Part shown: positions 40,961 through 53,159 of the stretch, piece after piece
Numbering within the stretch: the first letter of the stretch is position 1
Layout of the letters: the number at the start of each line of letters is the position of its first letter
Source: Lama glama
Lineage: Eukaryota
Reading direction: 5' to 3'
DNA length: 64,000 nucleotides
Assembly (NCBI GenBank): GCA_028534125.1
Contig: CM052816.1
Span: 43,278,001 to 43,342,000 of the forward strand
Program-made: the position numbers and the translations under genes
Notes under the pieces: model-generated
What the model saw: the letters and a program-made list of their open reading frames with translations, nothing else
Told to the model about the DNA's origin: nothing
Database searches by the model: none

Positions 40961-41544
40961 GACCTACTATTACAGACTAAAGAATTATCATTAACAATGT
41001 TAAAGTATCAGACAGAGGCCCTCAATCCAGAGACTTCCAGGCAGTGTCTCTCTGCATAATAGAGTGATCTAGGGAGAGATTTCAACTCTTTCAAGGCTAT
41101 TCACTCATTATTTCTATGGGAGAGGCTTTGTAATTTTTTTTATTTTTTCGTTAAAAAAATGGTTCCGTTTGAAACTATTAGTAAAATGATATAAACTATC
41201 ACAAGAAGTCAAAAACAGATTAATGTCCTCATCTGTTCTTACGTCTATATCAATGTTATTTCTTGCCTGGCTTAAACAGAAGATAGATTTTATTTGAAAA
41301 ATAGTGTACATCAGTATTAAATTGAAGCCACAGAAAGAAGCTGTAATAAAATAAAATAACCCCATAAACTGACAACTAAACCTGCAAATTGGATTCCTCC
41401 TAGGTGCTCTTGTAGTAGTCACTGCTTTGAAACATTTTAGTTTTTCTAAAACTGTTCCCTTAAAATCTGCTTTTTAAAAAAAGATGTAGCCTGCTAGGAC
41501 ACTCCTAGGTTTCGTCTCTTTTGAACCTGGCCTTCCATTAAACA

Positions 41545-42328
41545 TCCCGTATAATTGGGTCCCAGTGACCTCGCTGAGGCAGTCGGGTCTCACGGCACAG
41601 CTTCTGAGAGAAGCAAAAGAAATCCGATTTGTTTGTTTCTCGGGAAGCAAAGAAACGCGGGTGCTCCGCGCCGGGTGCAGAAGCCGGCGTCCGCGCACAG
41701 GGGAAACCAATCCCCGCGCGCGCGCCGAGCCTGGGTAAGTGGGTGGTTTGGAGGCGGGAGAGGGAGTGGCCCTTCCCGCCGTGCGCCTCGATTGGCCCGG
41801 AGGGGCTGAGGCCCCGGGGGCCGCCGGCCGCGCCTCGGGCGGCCGCGGGGGAGTCCGGGCCGCGGCCGCGCGTCGAGGGCGGGCTGGGGGCTCTGGCCGG
41901 AGGCGGCGGGCGGCAGCCTCCCTCGGAGCCCCGGGGGCAGAGTGGACCGTCAGGTACAGGTGTGGTGCGCCGAGGCGTGCCCGGCCGGGGGACGCGCGCC
42001 CTGGGCCGGTGGGGGCTGGGCTCCGAGGCGGGAGCGCGGGCGGCCGGGGCCTCCGAAGAACCCGGCGGTCCTGTCCCACCTGCGCGGGACCGCGCGAGGC
42101 CACCTCGTAACCGAATCTGTGCTTTTTTGCAGGCACCGACCGTCACGAGCTAACTTCCTGGAAGAGCTTCCCGTCTATTTTCAAATTCTTTACCGAAGCC
42201 TCTGAGGCCAAGACCAGTTCCCTCAAGCCGGCTCTGACGCGGCGCTCCCACCGAGTAAAGCACGAGGAGCTGTAAGGGGAGAGCGAGCGAGACGGGGGAG
42301 GGGAAGCCGAGGAAGCGCTCTCGAGCAT
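41545..42328. promoter_or_regulatory. CpG island (runs into gap), candidate non-coding promoter
   Basis: Very high GC and CpG; CCAAT 41707-41711, ATTGG 41791-41795, GC boxes, TTCCTGGAA 42155-42163. Confidence 0.85.
42133..42271 (+). other. Candidate 139-nt spliced exon of an unidentified, probably non-coding transcript
   Basis: Branch-like CGTAAC ~42106-42111, acceptor gcttttttgcAG, donor GCT|GTAAGG; upstream donor TGG|GTAAGT at 41734/41735. Confidence 0.35.
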
Positions 42329-42828
42329 NNNNNNNNNNNNNNNNNNNNNNNNNNNNNNNNNNNNNNNNNNNNNNNNNNNNNNNNNNNNNNNNNNNNNNNN
42401 NNNNNNNNNNNNNNNNNNNNNNNNNNNNNNNNNNNNNNNNNNNNNNNNNNNNNNNNNNNNNNNNNNNNNNNNNNNNNNNNNNNNNNNNNNNNNNNNNNNN
42501 NNNNNNNNNNNNNNNNNNNNNNNNNNNNNNNNNNNNNNNNNNNNNNNNNNNNNNNNNNNNNNNNNNNNNNNNNNNNNNNNNNNNNNNNNNNNNNNNNNNN
42601 NNNNNNNNNNNNNNNNNNNNNNNNNNNNNNNNNNNNNNNNNNNNNNNNNNNNNNNNNNNNNNNNNNNNNNNNNNNNNNNNNNNNNNNNNNNNNNNNNNNN
42701 NNNNNNNNNNNNNNNNNNNNNNNNNNNNNNNNNNNNNNNNNNNNNNNNNNNNNNNNNNNNNNNNNNNNNNNNNNNNNNNNNNNNNNNNNNNNNNNNNNNN
42801 NNNNNNNNNNNNNNNNNNNNNNNNNNNN
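42329..42828. other. Assembly gap (500 N) at CpG island
   Basis: Run of N. Confidence 1.
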
Positions 42829-45800
42829 GGGGGACATCTACTTGTAATCATTGTTCTTTTTTCAAGTTTCTGCTTTGTGCTTCAACTTGGATTGCGTTAC
42901 TGTTTATACCAAAAGAAAAAAAAAACTAAAAGCAGAGGAGTTTCCTATATATTACATATTTCTGTTTACTATTTTAAAATAAAAATGTTTTCCCCAACAA
43001 GCGGCAGCATATGATTCTTGCTCAGAAATTTAATCATATATAGAGGTTAATGAAAGCAGAAACTTAAAAAGAATCATAGGATAGCATTTATCAATACTTT
43101 AAACCTTATAGCTGCTTTGCTGTAAGGCAGTATCCTAACATTGATTTGAGTCACAGTTTGGCTTAGAACTTTCACAGAACTAATATTTTATAAGACTTTT
43201 TTTTAAGATCTAAAACATCTCCTTAGCTACAAGGAAATTTGAACCCATTGTTAAACTATCGTTTTATAAAACATACTTTACTACATACGGTAAACAAATA
43301 TGTTTTCCAAAAGGAGTCTGATGAGATTAAATTACTCCCAGATCCCTATACGGGTCTTTGATGTATTACATCTAATCTAGAAATACCTTGTTTACATTTA
43401 TTTTACAGCTTTTCCTTCTTTAAAACTTGTAATTCCTTTGAGAGAGTGTGGGTGACAAAACTTGTTAACTATATTATCAGTGTTAATAAGTTTAGTTGTT
43501 TTTTTTTTTTCATTTTTATCTGGATTATCTGGAGTTCCAATCCAGACACATGGGTGTCTCCTGTTATAATCATAGTTTGTAACTGTAAATCGACAGGTTC
43601 CTTTTGGTGTCTGTAATCCTGGTTCATTTAAGAAAGGTTACTATTAAAGAAGGTCTAAAAATTTCTCAAAAACTTTCCCTATGCCTCTGTAGAGAAAAAT
43701 GTCTTTAAATAAATGTGAGATGTTCTCATTTTTGAAATATGGGTGGCAAAAAAAAAAGGTAATAGTGGTGGTTATTTTATGATTACTTATTAGGAGCTAT
43801 AATAATATAAAATAAAAGGCTCCAGGAGGTACTCCCTTTCAAAAATTGAATACTTTCCTTCCTTCCTTCCTTGTATAGTGTGACTGAGTGGGAGTCTCTT
43901 GAATTGTTCGTCTTCCTTTTATCTAATATTCTATTAATCTCCAAAAAGATCAGTTTGAGTCTGGGAAAGGGTTTTTAATCAACACTTCACAGAGCTTAAA
44001 GCTACCCTACCTAAAGCGTGAGCTTTGTTAGGCGGTTTTAGATTTAAAGCATTGCAACTGTCATGCACTGTACAAAAAGTAAAGAATGTACACCAAGTGG
44101 AAGATGTTGAAAAGGGGGAAATAGCACAAAGTCGATTAACAGAGATTCAAGAATAGAAGTAGCCATCAAAGCATTCCAGCGTTTATCTCGAAATCTATGT
44201 AGGGTTAAGGGAAAAAAAGCAACAATGATAGTTTTAAACCTCACACTTAGGAGGGATGAATGTTGATTTAATTGATTCATTTGGATCGATGTTTTTAAAG
44301 TTTCACACCACTGATCTTTCATGTAGTGATGTCTTTAGCAGTCAGTGGTCTGACATGAGCCTTCTCAGATTTCATCAGCGAGACTCTCCATGACATCTAA
44401 AATTATGCAACAGCCTGTGCAGTGATAACTTTGGAATTGGGAGACCTTGATGCCAAAGAGCATGGTTAGATTGAAGAACTCTTGTTAATTCTTAGCACAA
44501 AGGTTTTAGAGGAGTGGTAATTATAAATGAACCATAAAGGTTAAAGTCACCAAATACTATGTAGTGGGCTTTAATTGCTAGATGGGAGAAAATCATCCTG
44601 AAATTTTGACCATTAAATGGATATCACGCAGTGACCAGTATTTTCCCCTTGAATGTAAAAAAGCTTGAAAATGGAAATTTGACTTAATCCAAGAGGCCTT
44701 CCAGGCAACTTTTCCCCATCCTTTGCCCTGAGATTTGTGAGAAACCTTTCACTATATTCTTTGTATTGTTGGAGTTGAGTTCTGTTTGAAACAGACATGA
44801 AACATGTTTCTAGAAAGAAATCTGGAGATGGCCTGCATCTTTCTTTCCAGATCATTCCACTTTTTCTTCCTTGGCTAATACATTGGGTAATATGGGAGAC
44901 TGTCATAGGGAAAATAATGTTGAACTGTACTTTGTAGCCAGCCTGCAGTACCAATACAAAGAATCTGAAATGAAAAGACAACCAACACCCCAAGAATAAT
45001 ATGTCTCTTTTTAAAGTTTACAATTTGAATAATGAACTTGGATAGAAACTTGGCAGGAAAACAAACCATGGCACCATCACATCACCAACCATTTTCACTT
45101 TTCTGTCCAATTTCAGAGTGCATGTGTTTGTGAGTATTTCACTAGATCAGTGACAGCTCTTTATTTGCATAATTATATGCTCTGGTCTGAAGAGAAAACT
45201 AACCCCCAAATTTCATGGGTCACCAAACTGCAACAATCAATGTTTTATCACGTATGCTAAGCAAAATCTAAGAAGCTATATGAAGTTTCTTGGGGAGTTT
45301 TTACTCCTCAGAAAATTAAAGAGTTTTCCTCTCCTGAATAGATTCAAAATCTTTCCAAGTTCTTTGTAACTGAATTCTGTTTGAAGGCAAAACTAGAGAT
45401 TAACATGTAGATCTGGATCTTAGACTTACCAGCATTACTTCAAAGTGGCTTAAGAAGAGCAGCATTTTTGGAACACTGAACTTTTAAATTCTAAGTACTG
45501 TCCTTCATGCTATCAGGAAAAAAAAATTATTGGTCAAATTATGATTAGCCAAAATGAAGTTTGAATTACTACAATTGAATATAAGGTTCATTTTCTTCTT
45601 TGCAATAACTCAGGGTGTTTTTTTAAAGACCTAATAGAAAAAAATATATATATGCATATATGTCTGTGTTTGTCTACATACATACATATACATACCCATC
45701 CATGGGGTAAATATGCTCATTCCACCAGAAGAGACAACATATACAGTATGTATATACCTTTCCAGTGCCAGTAACATAGTAGGTACTCATTATGTGTTGG

Positions 45801-48439
45801 TCACCAGGATTGTTTGTAAACTTACTTTCTTTTAAATAAATTTTTATGTTCAAATTTTGCAAGGCATTGTAATAAATATTTTTGAATGCCTCAACTTCAT
45901 TTGCATCTGTAAATTCTCTGTATGTAATGTGTATTCGTGTTTAAGGTTGGTTTTATTTCATTAAAGAAAACTTGATTTAAACTGTTGGTGTCTTTAGTTT
46001 ATAGGCAATCTGCCAGACTTGAAATACAATAGAACATAGAAACATATGCAGAGAGTGTTTGTTATGGAGTTATTAAATTCCTGGAAAATATACTTTTACC
46101 TAGGCTCTTAAGAATATTCTAGGTGCATGATTTAATCATACTGCAAAAAGACTTAGATATGAATTTCATTTTAAAAGTATGTAATACAATGCCTTTTACT
46201 TAAAGTGATCTGTCGTTAATAGTATATTAACAGTTTATCATCAGGTAATTTACTGTCATCAAAAAAAAGTTAGAAAAAAACATTGAGCTAAAAGAACTTA
46301 AGAATTGCATAGTTTTGAAGTATTTCATTCTCTACCTTGGAGAAGGATGAAAGGTCTTTAGGTGAGGCATCAGAAATTTCTTAAAATGTTCCTATTATTT
46401 CAAGTGAAAAACCGTTCTCTCCCAAGTTCTTAATTCAAGTTGAACTGTAAATGGAAGACACTCTCTCTTTTAGTGCAAAAACTTAATCTGCTTATCATTA
46501 ATGCTATCCACAATCACCACATCTCACCTTGTCACTGTCCTTTCTGAAATGTTCATCTAGTTAGACTCCCTCTGCACCAACCCCATCATCTACTTCCCCA
46601 GAAACTGATGTTGGGACTGAAGGTCGTGGATTCCTCTGAGTGAAAATTCTTCACAATTGAATCTGTAAAAACAAATAAATACAGGTTTAGCCTTTTTTTT
46701 GTCAAACAAAATGAGTTCATACGCAAATGAGTTGCTGTTGCTGTCTGACTAAGCATGAAAGTCTGAAAAATAAAGAGTAAAACCCTTCTAGATTACCATT
46801 TAAAGATGTATAAGTTGGTGACCCATGTGACTCTGAGATCAATTTGCATTTTATTTTTAATGTATAAAGTCTTAAAAGGAAAATAATAGATAATACATAT
46901 ACCTAATTACTTTTTTTCTCTATTTGACCTTTCTGGGGACCTTGCTACGAGTTTCAGGTGGGTTCTCAGTTTTCTCCTCTGCCTGGGACACAGAAAAATT
47001 TCCCACAGAATTCCACACATGAGGCAATTGACCCTATACCTGAAAGGGCTAGGTTTTCTCTCTTTTTTTTTTTTTTATCATTTTCATTTCTTTTTGCTCA
47101 AGTGCCACCTAATCCCATTGTGTGAAAAAGATGTTTCTGATGCAGCTCATCTTCATGTACCTCCAAATAATTTTCCAAAGGCTTATTTTCTTCTTCTTTT
47201 TTTTTTAACCCTAATTACACAAGTGGCTTTTTTCCAATAAATGTTCACACCTTCTCTGGGCATTTAGATAATCAGGATTTATCAACTGAAGAAATATTGA
47301 TGGTTTGTTGTACTGGTTTTGGTTTGGGAGGTTCTGGGAGGGGTTATTTTATGTTATTTTTGCTTTTGCCTCAGTAAATTACTTCATATCATCCCCTAGA
47401 ATAGCCAGCTCTAAAAATAACCCTAGCACAGAGTGTCACAATTTGGCTTTCATACAGTTTTGAAAGAAAAACCATTAAAATTGCATTGATCTTGCAAATA
47501 TTGATCTAGTGCTTGATATCAAATATCAAATGAGATGCTGTCAGTTGCTGCTGATCATTGTGTCAGCTGTTTGAATTCTTGTTCCTTTCCTTTTTCACTG
47601 TCATTTGGATTCAAGTTGCTGAGACTAAGACTTTTCATGATTAACACAGTTAGGATAAATTCTTTTCTTGTTTTTCACATTTCGGGTTTGACCAAACACA
47701 GTTAATATTCTACATGAAATTTTTCACATGATTTCACATATGTAAATACACACACATACACTTTTTGTAAAGAGAAAATATATATATTTCACACACGTGG
47801 CTAAAATCCTACATGTGTTTTCTTTTTTCTTTTTTTTTTAAACAAACTATGATTCACCTAGTAGGTAAGCTATGTTTCTGTTTAGTTCTGTAATCCTAAT
47901 TTTAAAATAATTTATCTTCATTTTGCTTTCTGGGCACCTGTCTTTTAAGAAATCAAATTTGTTTTAAGAGAATACAGTTGTTAGATTACCATTTTAGAAC
48001 TTACAATGAAATCAGCCATTTCAAATTCACACACACACTACAATAGAAAAATTGCTCCTTTAATTCTGGCTAACAAAAAAATACAACTGCAGCATTTGGC
48101 CAGCCAGTGTGGAGTTTAGAGAATTATTTAAATAAAATTGGATTTTTTTTAATACTTTCTCTTAATAAACTCATGTTATCTAACAGGCTAAGTCTTGCTG
48201 TGCTGGTACATCCTACCAAACCTGGAAGTGGCTAAGTGCCTTTGGGTATGTTTAAAGTCTCAAATCACCTTTTTTCTTTCTGCCTTCCTCTATACTTTGT
48301 ACGTCAAGACCTGATGATTACGTTACCTTGAAATATTAGAACACTTTAAGGAGGAAACCATCCTATTAACCAGTTAACACTGCTGTCTGACTAAGCAGTA
48401 CAGGCTGGGAAATAGGGTAGAACCATCCTCGTAGAGGAC

Positions 48440-49260
48440 TGTTTAAACTATACATCCATGAGCGTTATTTTCCATATTCACGGGGAGAAAAAAAATTCCC
48501 AACCGAAGTTCTCGGTTTCTCTTCCCTTTTTTACACCTGACCTCGGTTTGGGAACAGCGAAACGAAGCCGCGTTCTTCCCAGCACCATGGACAGCACTCA
48601 GCGCGCTCCCTCCCTCTCCCCTCGGCAAGAACTCCGAAGTTCCGGCCCTCGCCTGATTCCTCTCTCCGACCACTCCCTCACCATAGGAAACTGGCACTCG
48701 AAATCTTAGGACCCGAGCCCAAAGCGACAATGGATTTCAAAAGTATACTGTCTGTGGGTGGAGAGTCTTGTTTGCTCCATGCCGGGTGTTAACCATAGCG
48801 CCCTAGAGTTGACACACCATTTGCCTGCTCCCCGAATTTGCGTCTATTTTATAATGAAAGCAGCGCCACTCTCAGTCATTTTTGTGGTAGAAGTCTTAAC
48901 CCCACAACTTTTCTTTGGCCAACTTTTCACCATCACCCCTTATCTGGCCAGAGCTGTATGGGCACCGGTTTAAGAGCTCTGAATCGTGAGCCCATTCTCC
49001 CTGGGCTGGTGATGTCAGCCGCGAGAGACCTGTGATCCAAGAGATGTGCCTCCAGATCCCCGGGGGCCCTGGGTGCCACAGCTCTGTCCGTAGCTAGAGC
49101 CGTCTCACCGATCGAGTGCGCCCAGGTACTGGTTAATTACCGCCGCGAGGCAGGTGGCTGTGCAGCGAGCGCCCCGCCGGCGGCTCGCTAAAGAGTCTGA
49201 CAGCAACTTATCTGACAGCACTAAAAAGGGGGCGCATCTGGCTCAGTACCGACCACCACC
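48440..49260. promoter_or_regulatory. Weak/bipartite CpG island with regulatory motifs
   Basis: CpG-rich blocks ~48480-48730 and ~49020-49255; TCTGACAGCA direct repeat around a GATA site. Confidence 0.65.
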
Positions 49261-52200
49261 TCTTCTCCTACTTTCAGACCTTAACTCCAAGCTCCAATTT
49301 CCGTACTTCTCCCTCTCTTCTTTACCGGCTAGGCAAAGTACAATAAAGGAAGATCACTTTCTTGTGGTATCATTTTCATTCATGGTCTCCCTGCAACATT
49401 TAAGTCACTAATCTTAAGACAAAACTAGTTTTTAAAGATTTCAAATTACATCTTGCTTTATTGAAACTTGCCTCACTTGTTGGACTTTGAATGAAATCTT
49501 TTCCCTCCCTCTGGAACCCTATTCTAATCATCTACTCTCTCGAACCGACCTTGAGGACGAAAGTATTACGTTTAGAGCAGGCAAGACGACTAAAAACAAA
49601 TTTCTATTACATATCGATTGTACAAAAATAGTTTCAAGTCAACTTAATCCAAACTTAACCAGAAACGTCCAGTAAAGCGAAAAAGAGAGAGAACACTGGT
49701 ATCTTAAGGTAAAGGTTTCTTTCCTATAAAATAGCCTCGATAAACCGATTTCAAAATTACTTCTGTACAGTAAGATGGATAACAATACATTTCAGGATAA
49801 AATTATTTTCTATTTGGCATGGTATTACAATGAAAAGTTTCCATGAATTCCTCAGTTTAGCAGTAATTCTGCTTCAAAACACCCTATTTTTCTATCCTGT
49901 AAGACACACAAATATCTTTTTAAATATTTTATATGTTAACAATTTAGTCTGCTTTCTCATATACTGCTGCTTACACCAAATTTTTGTCCCTTTTTTAGTG
50001 TGGAAAGTCACTGCTGTGTTATCCCCAAAGATAATTTTTTCTCATAGTTTGGTTATTTTTGCGGTCTCAAGAGTCGTTTTGCCCAAATACTAAGGCAAGT
50101 CCGTGCTAGCAAAGAAACTCGGCTATGCCAGGAGCTATTTAAACTAGCCTCACAACCCTCCTGTGAAAACTAGGGGGACGGGAGATGCTGCCTGGCAGCT
50201 GAAGCGTGCAGGGGAGCAAAGGGGACCTGTTGAATAATAGTAACTTGGAGACTCGCATATGCTAGAATAGGATGCACCTCTCAGTTGTTGAAACTACAGC
50301 TGAAATATCTCCATGGTATATTTTGGGGGAGCTTATTCCATGAACTGAGCTTCCATCTTTGGATAAATGAATATTTCATTCTTACCTTCCGGAAGTTCAG
50401 GAGCAAGAAATGGCAATCAGGTGTGGGGAAGGACGTGGGGCTTTCCCCCGTTGGTGTAGGGAGTTGTGGAGATTAGGGTGGAATAGATAGCAGTTACTGA
50501 ACTCCTGGGTGCCTAGCATTCGTTCCCTTAACCTGGCTTTTGGGCAATTTCTTTCCTTCCGTGGGGATATCCCTTATGACCTGGGCACAGGGTGGCTAAA
50601 ATCTCTATTTAATTAATCAGGAACTTTTTTTTAAAAAAAAAAGTATTTTGACACAGCTTCAGAACGACTTTTCTGGGTTATTCTAAGTAAATCAGAAACT
50701 CCCAGACCCAGGTGGGACCACTTTGTCAGAGAAAAATGTGGAGAAGTACAGGAAAACTCATTTTTAAAAACAGATCAATCAAGACACTGAGTGATACTGA
50801 TTAGGTCCCCCTGGAAGGAGCTTCTCCAACAAAGTTTGCTCATCATCTGTGTATATTGGAAGAAACTTTAAACCATTTTACAGTATGGATAGCCATCCCT
50901 ACCCCATCCAACTTTTTCTTTAATTCCAGTCCCACACTTGTATAGGAATTCTGTTGTCCTATCCTTTTTTTCCTCCTTCAAAGTCTTTTGAAATAAGTTT
51001 TCTTGTCTCTTACCCATTTGTCAATGTCAAATGTACACTGCCTATTTAGTTAAAGAAGTGTGTATTTCATATGTTATAAAAGAACAGGCTTCTTTATTTG
51101 GTTTCTCGGAAATCAATAATCTCTTAAACACTTTCCAAGATCCCTTGGGGAAGGGAGAAATGTATACAATAACTACCAAATGTCAACATGACAATATTGG
51201 TTAAAATCTGCAGGATGATCATTCGAATACAGGTAGATAATAGGGAACGACTTTGGGTTCCCGAGATGACGTAGGAAGGGACCCAAGGTGTCTGATGCCA
51301 GGCTCCATCCTCTGCAACTTGCCTGGGGAGCTAGCTATCTTGAAGAATCGGGAGTTAATTCTAAACTTGCTTACAAGACATCTTAATAGCCAGGCTGGTC
51401 TTCAAATAATTCAGCTGGGAGATGGCTGGGTGACCACAGGGAGTTTGCAAAGGACAGTTACCCCCATTAAAAGAAACATCATGATTTCAGTCTTTCCTGA
51501 CATAATTAAAGGCTTGGGTAACACTCTCTTATTTTGTCTCATGCTGTGGGGGAAAAAAAATACCTACTCCTCTGGCGACTAAAACTTTAAAGAAACTTTA
51601 AAATAAATCCAAGAGTTAAATTTCTGCTCTTTAAAGTTAGTCTGTAGGTGACAAAATAGACAAAGCGTTAAGAGCAACTGAGATACACATTAGCTACCTA
51701 GCAGTCTCACATTACAGAGGAGAATACGCCTAGGTTTCAACTTACCCAACTTTTAAAACTATACATGTCCCTAGAATATAATACCTGATTGGATTAAATT
51801 TGCAGGAGATTCTAAACTAAGCTCTCAAGAAGGTAATAAAATATATGAAATCTCTTGAGTAAACGGTTGGGAGGGATTTGTAAGCGTTTCAGGATCCAGT
51901 GATCCACTGGAAGCACAGCACACTCAAATTTGACTTTTTATGATCAACTTTCAACCCTGAGAAAACGAGAGCCATTTGCCTAACTTAATCTAGAACATAT
52001 GTTTGCACCAGTAGCAGGTTTTTTTGGTGTGTGGCTGGGGCTGATCAAGTTGTAAATTTTCCGCTTTAGGTTTTCAGCGCCTGCTAGTTTCAGCCTAACA
52101 CCTAGAGAGAGACTTTGCGGAGTTCTCCACCAAAGCAGCCAAGGTTCGACAAAAGGTTTCCCAACCACACAGCTCTTTTCCCAAAGATGGGACATTCTAA

Positions 52201-53142
52201 ACAAATTAGTTCTCTAAATCCTAAATGCAAGTAGCAAGTTAAACTCTCTTTTGTTCAATTGTTTGTAAAATATCTATACAGAAACTTTTTTTCCCATCTG
52301 CCTTCCTCACCTGCAACCTATTCCTTAAGGGACATACGATGGTATGAGAGCGGTGGGTGCTGTGAAATTGACATCTTCATTCGACAAAACAAGATACATT
52401 TTCTTTTGGCTCATCTTAATTTTTTTCCATCAGAAACTTAGAACTACTGATGTTCTGTCTCTTTATGCTCCAGCACAAAGGATTTTTAAAGAAGTATTTT
52501 GAATATCTGGGAAGAATCACCTAGTGATTAAAATTATACATTAGGATCCACAAGTCACCCTTCACCAGGTTTATGGTAGCTTTTATTACTAATATTAAAA
52601 CACATTCCTTTGTGGACATGAATTTTAGTATTTGGGCTTTAAACAAATTGTAATACTTTTCAACCAATGAATGACATACCATAATGATAAATGAAAGTAG
52701 TAAGTTCCCTAAGATTAGCTGAATTCATCCTAAAATGGAAAAGGGTAGTGGGGGGGGGGGGGTCGGGAGGTGGAATCTTGGTGGTAAGCCTCAAGGACTG
52801 TAAATAACCATCTGGATCTGCTGATTTATCTTTTTCCTGAAAACCTCAATCACATTACTGGAGGAAAAGTTACTAACGTGCTTTTCGAAATGCATCAGAA
52901 TGAGTAACTGAGCCATAAATGTGCCCTAAATTAAGGTGCAGAGTTTCACTCAATTTTATTATTCTATGGATTAATGTGGGCAGCTCCCACCTGGGCACTA
53001 CCTTAATCAAAAAGTGAACAAGGGTGACAAAAACAAGGGCAGTAACAACATTACCAGCACTGTGCTAATCAAATGCTCACAACTAGTTGAGAACGGTGCT
53101 AAAAGCCGTTTTAATTCTGAAATGGAAAGTCCTGAGACACCG

Positions 53143-53159
53143 AGCGCCATCTAGCAAGC
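53143..53159 (-). promoter_or_regulatory. Candidate CTCF site
   Basis: Minus strand GCTTGCTAGATGGCGCT matches the CTCF core YAGRKGGCGC; 5' CCA part mismatched. Confidence 0.4.

Noticed and set aside
41474..42205. Long overlapping ORFs (up to 220 aa) on both strands
   Set aside because: Pro/Arg/Gly/Ala-rich translations caused by stop-codon scarcity in a CpG island; no recognisable domain
42150..42851. 233-aa and 204-aa minus-strand ORFs
   Set aside because: Mostly N-gap
52743..52772. G13 run with flanking GGG as a G-quadruplex
   Set aside because: Simple homopolymer; no evidence of function
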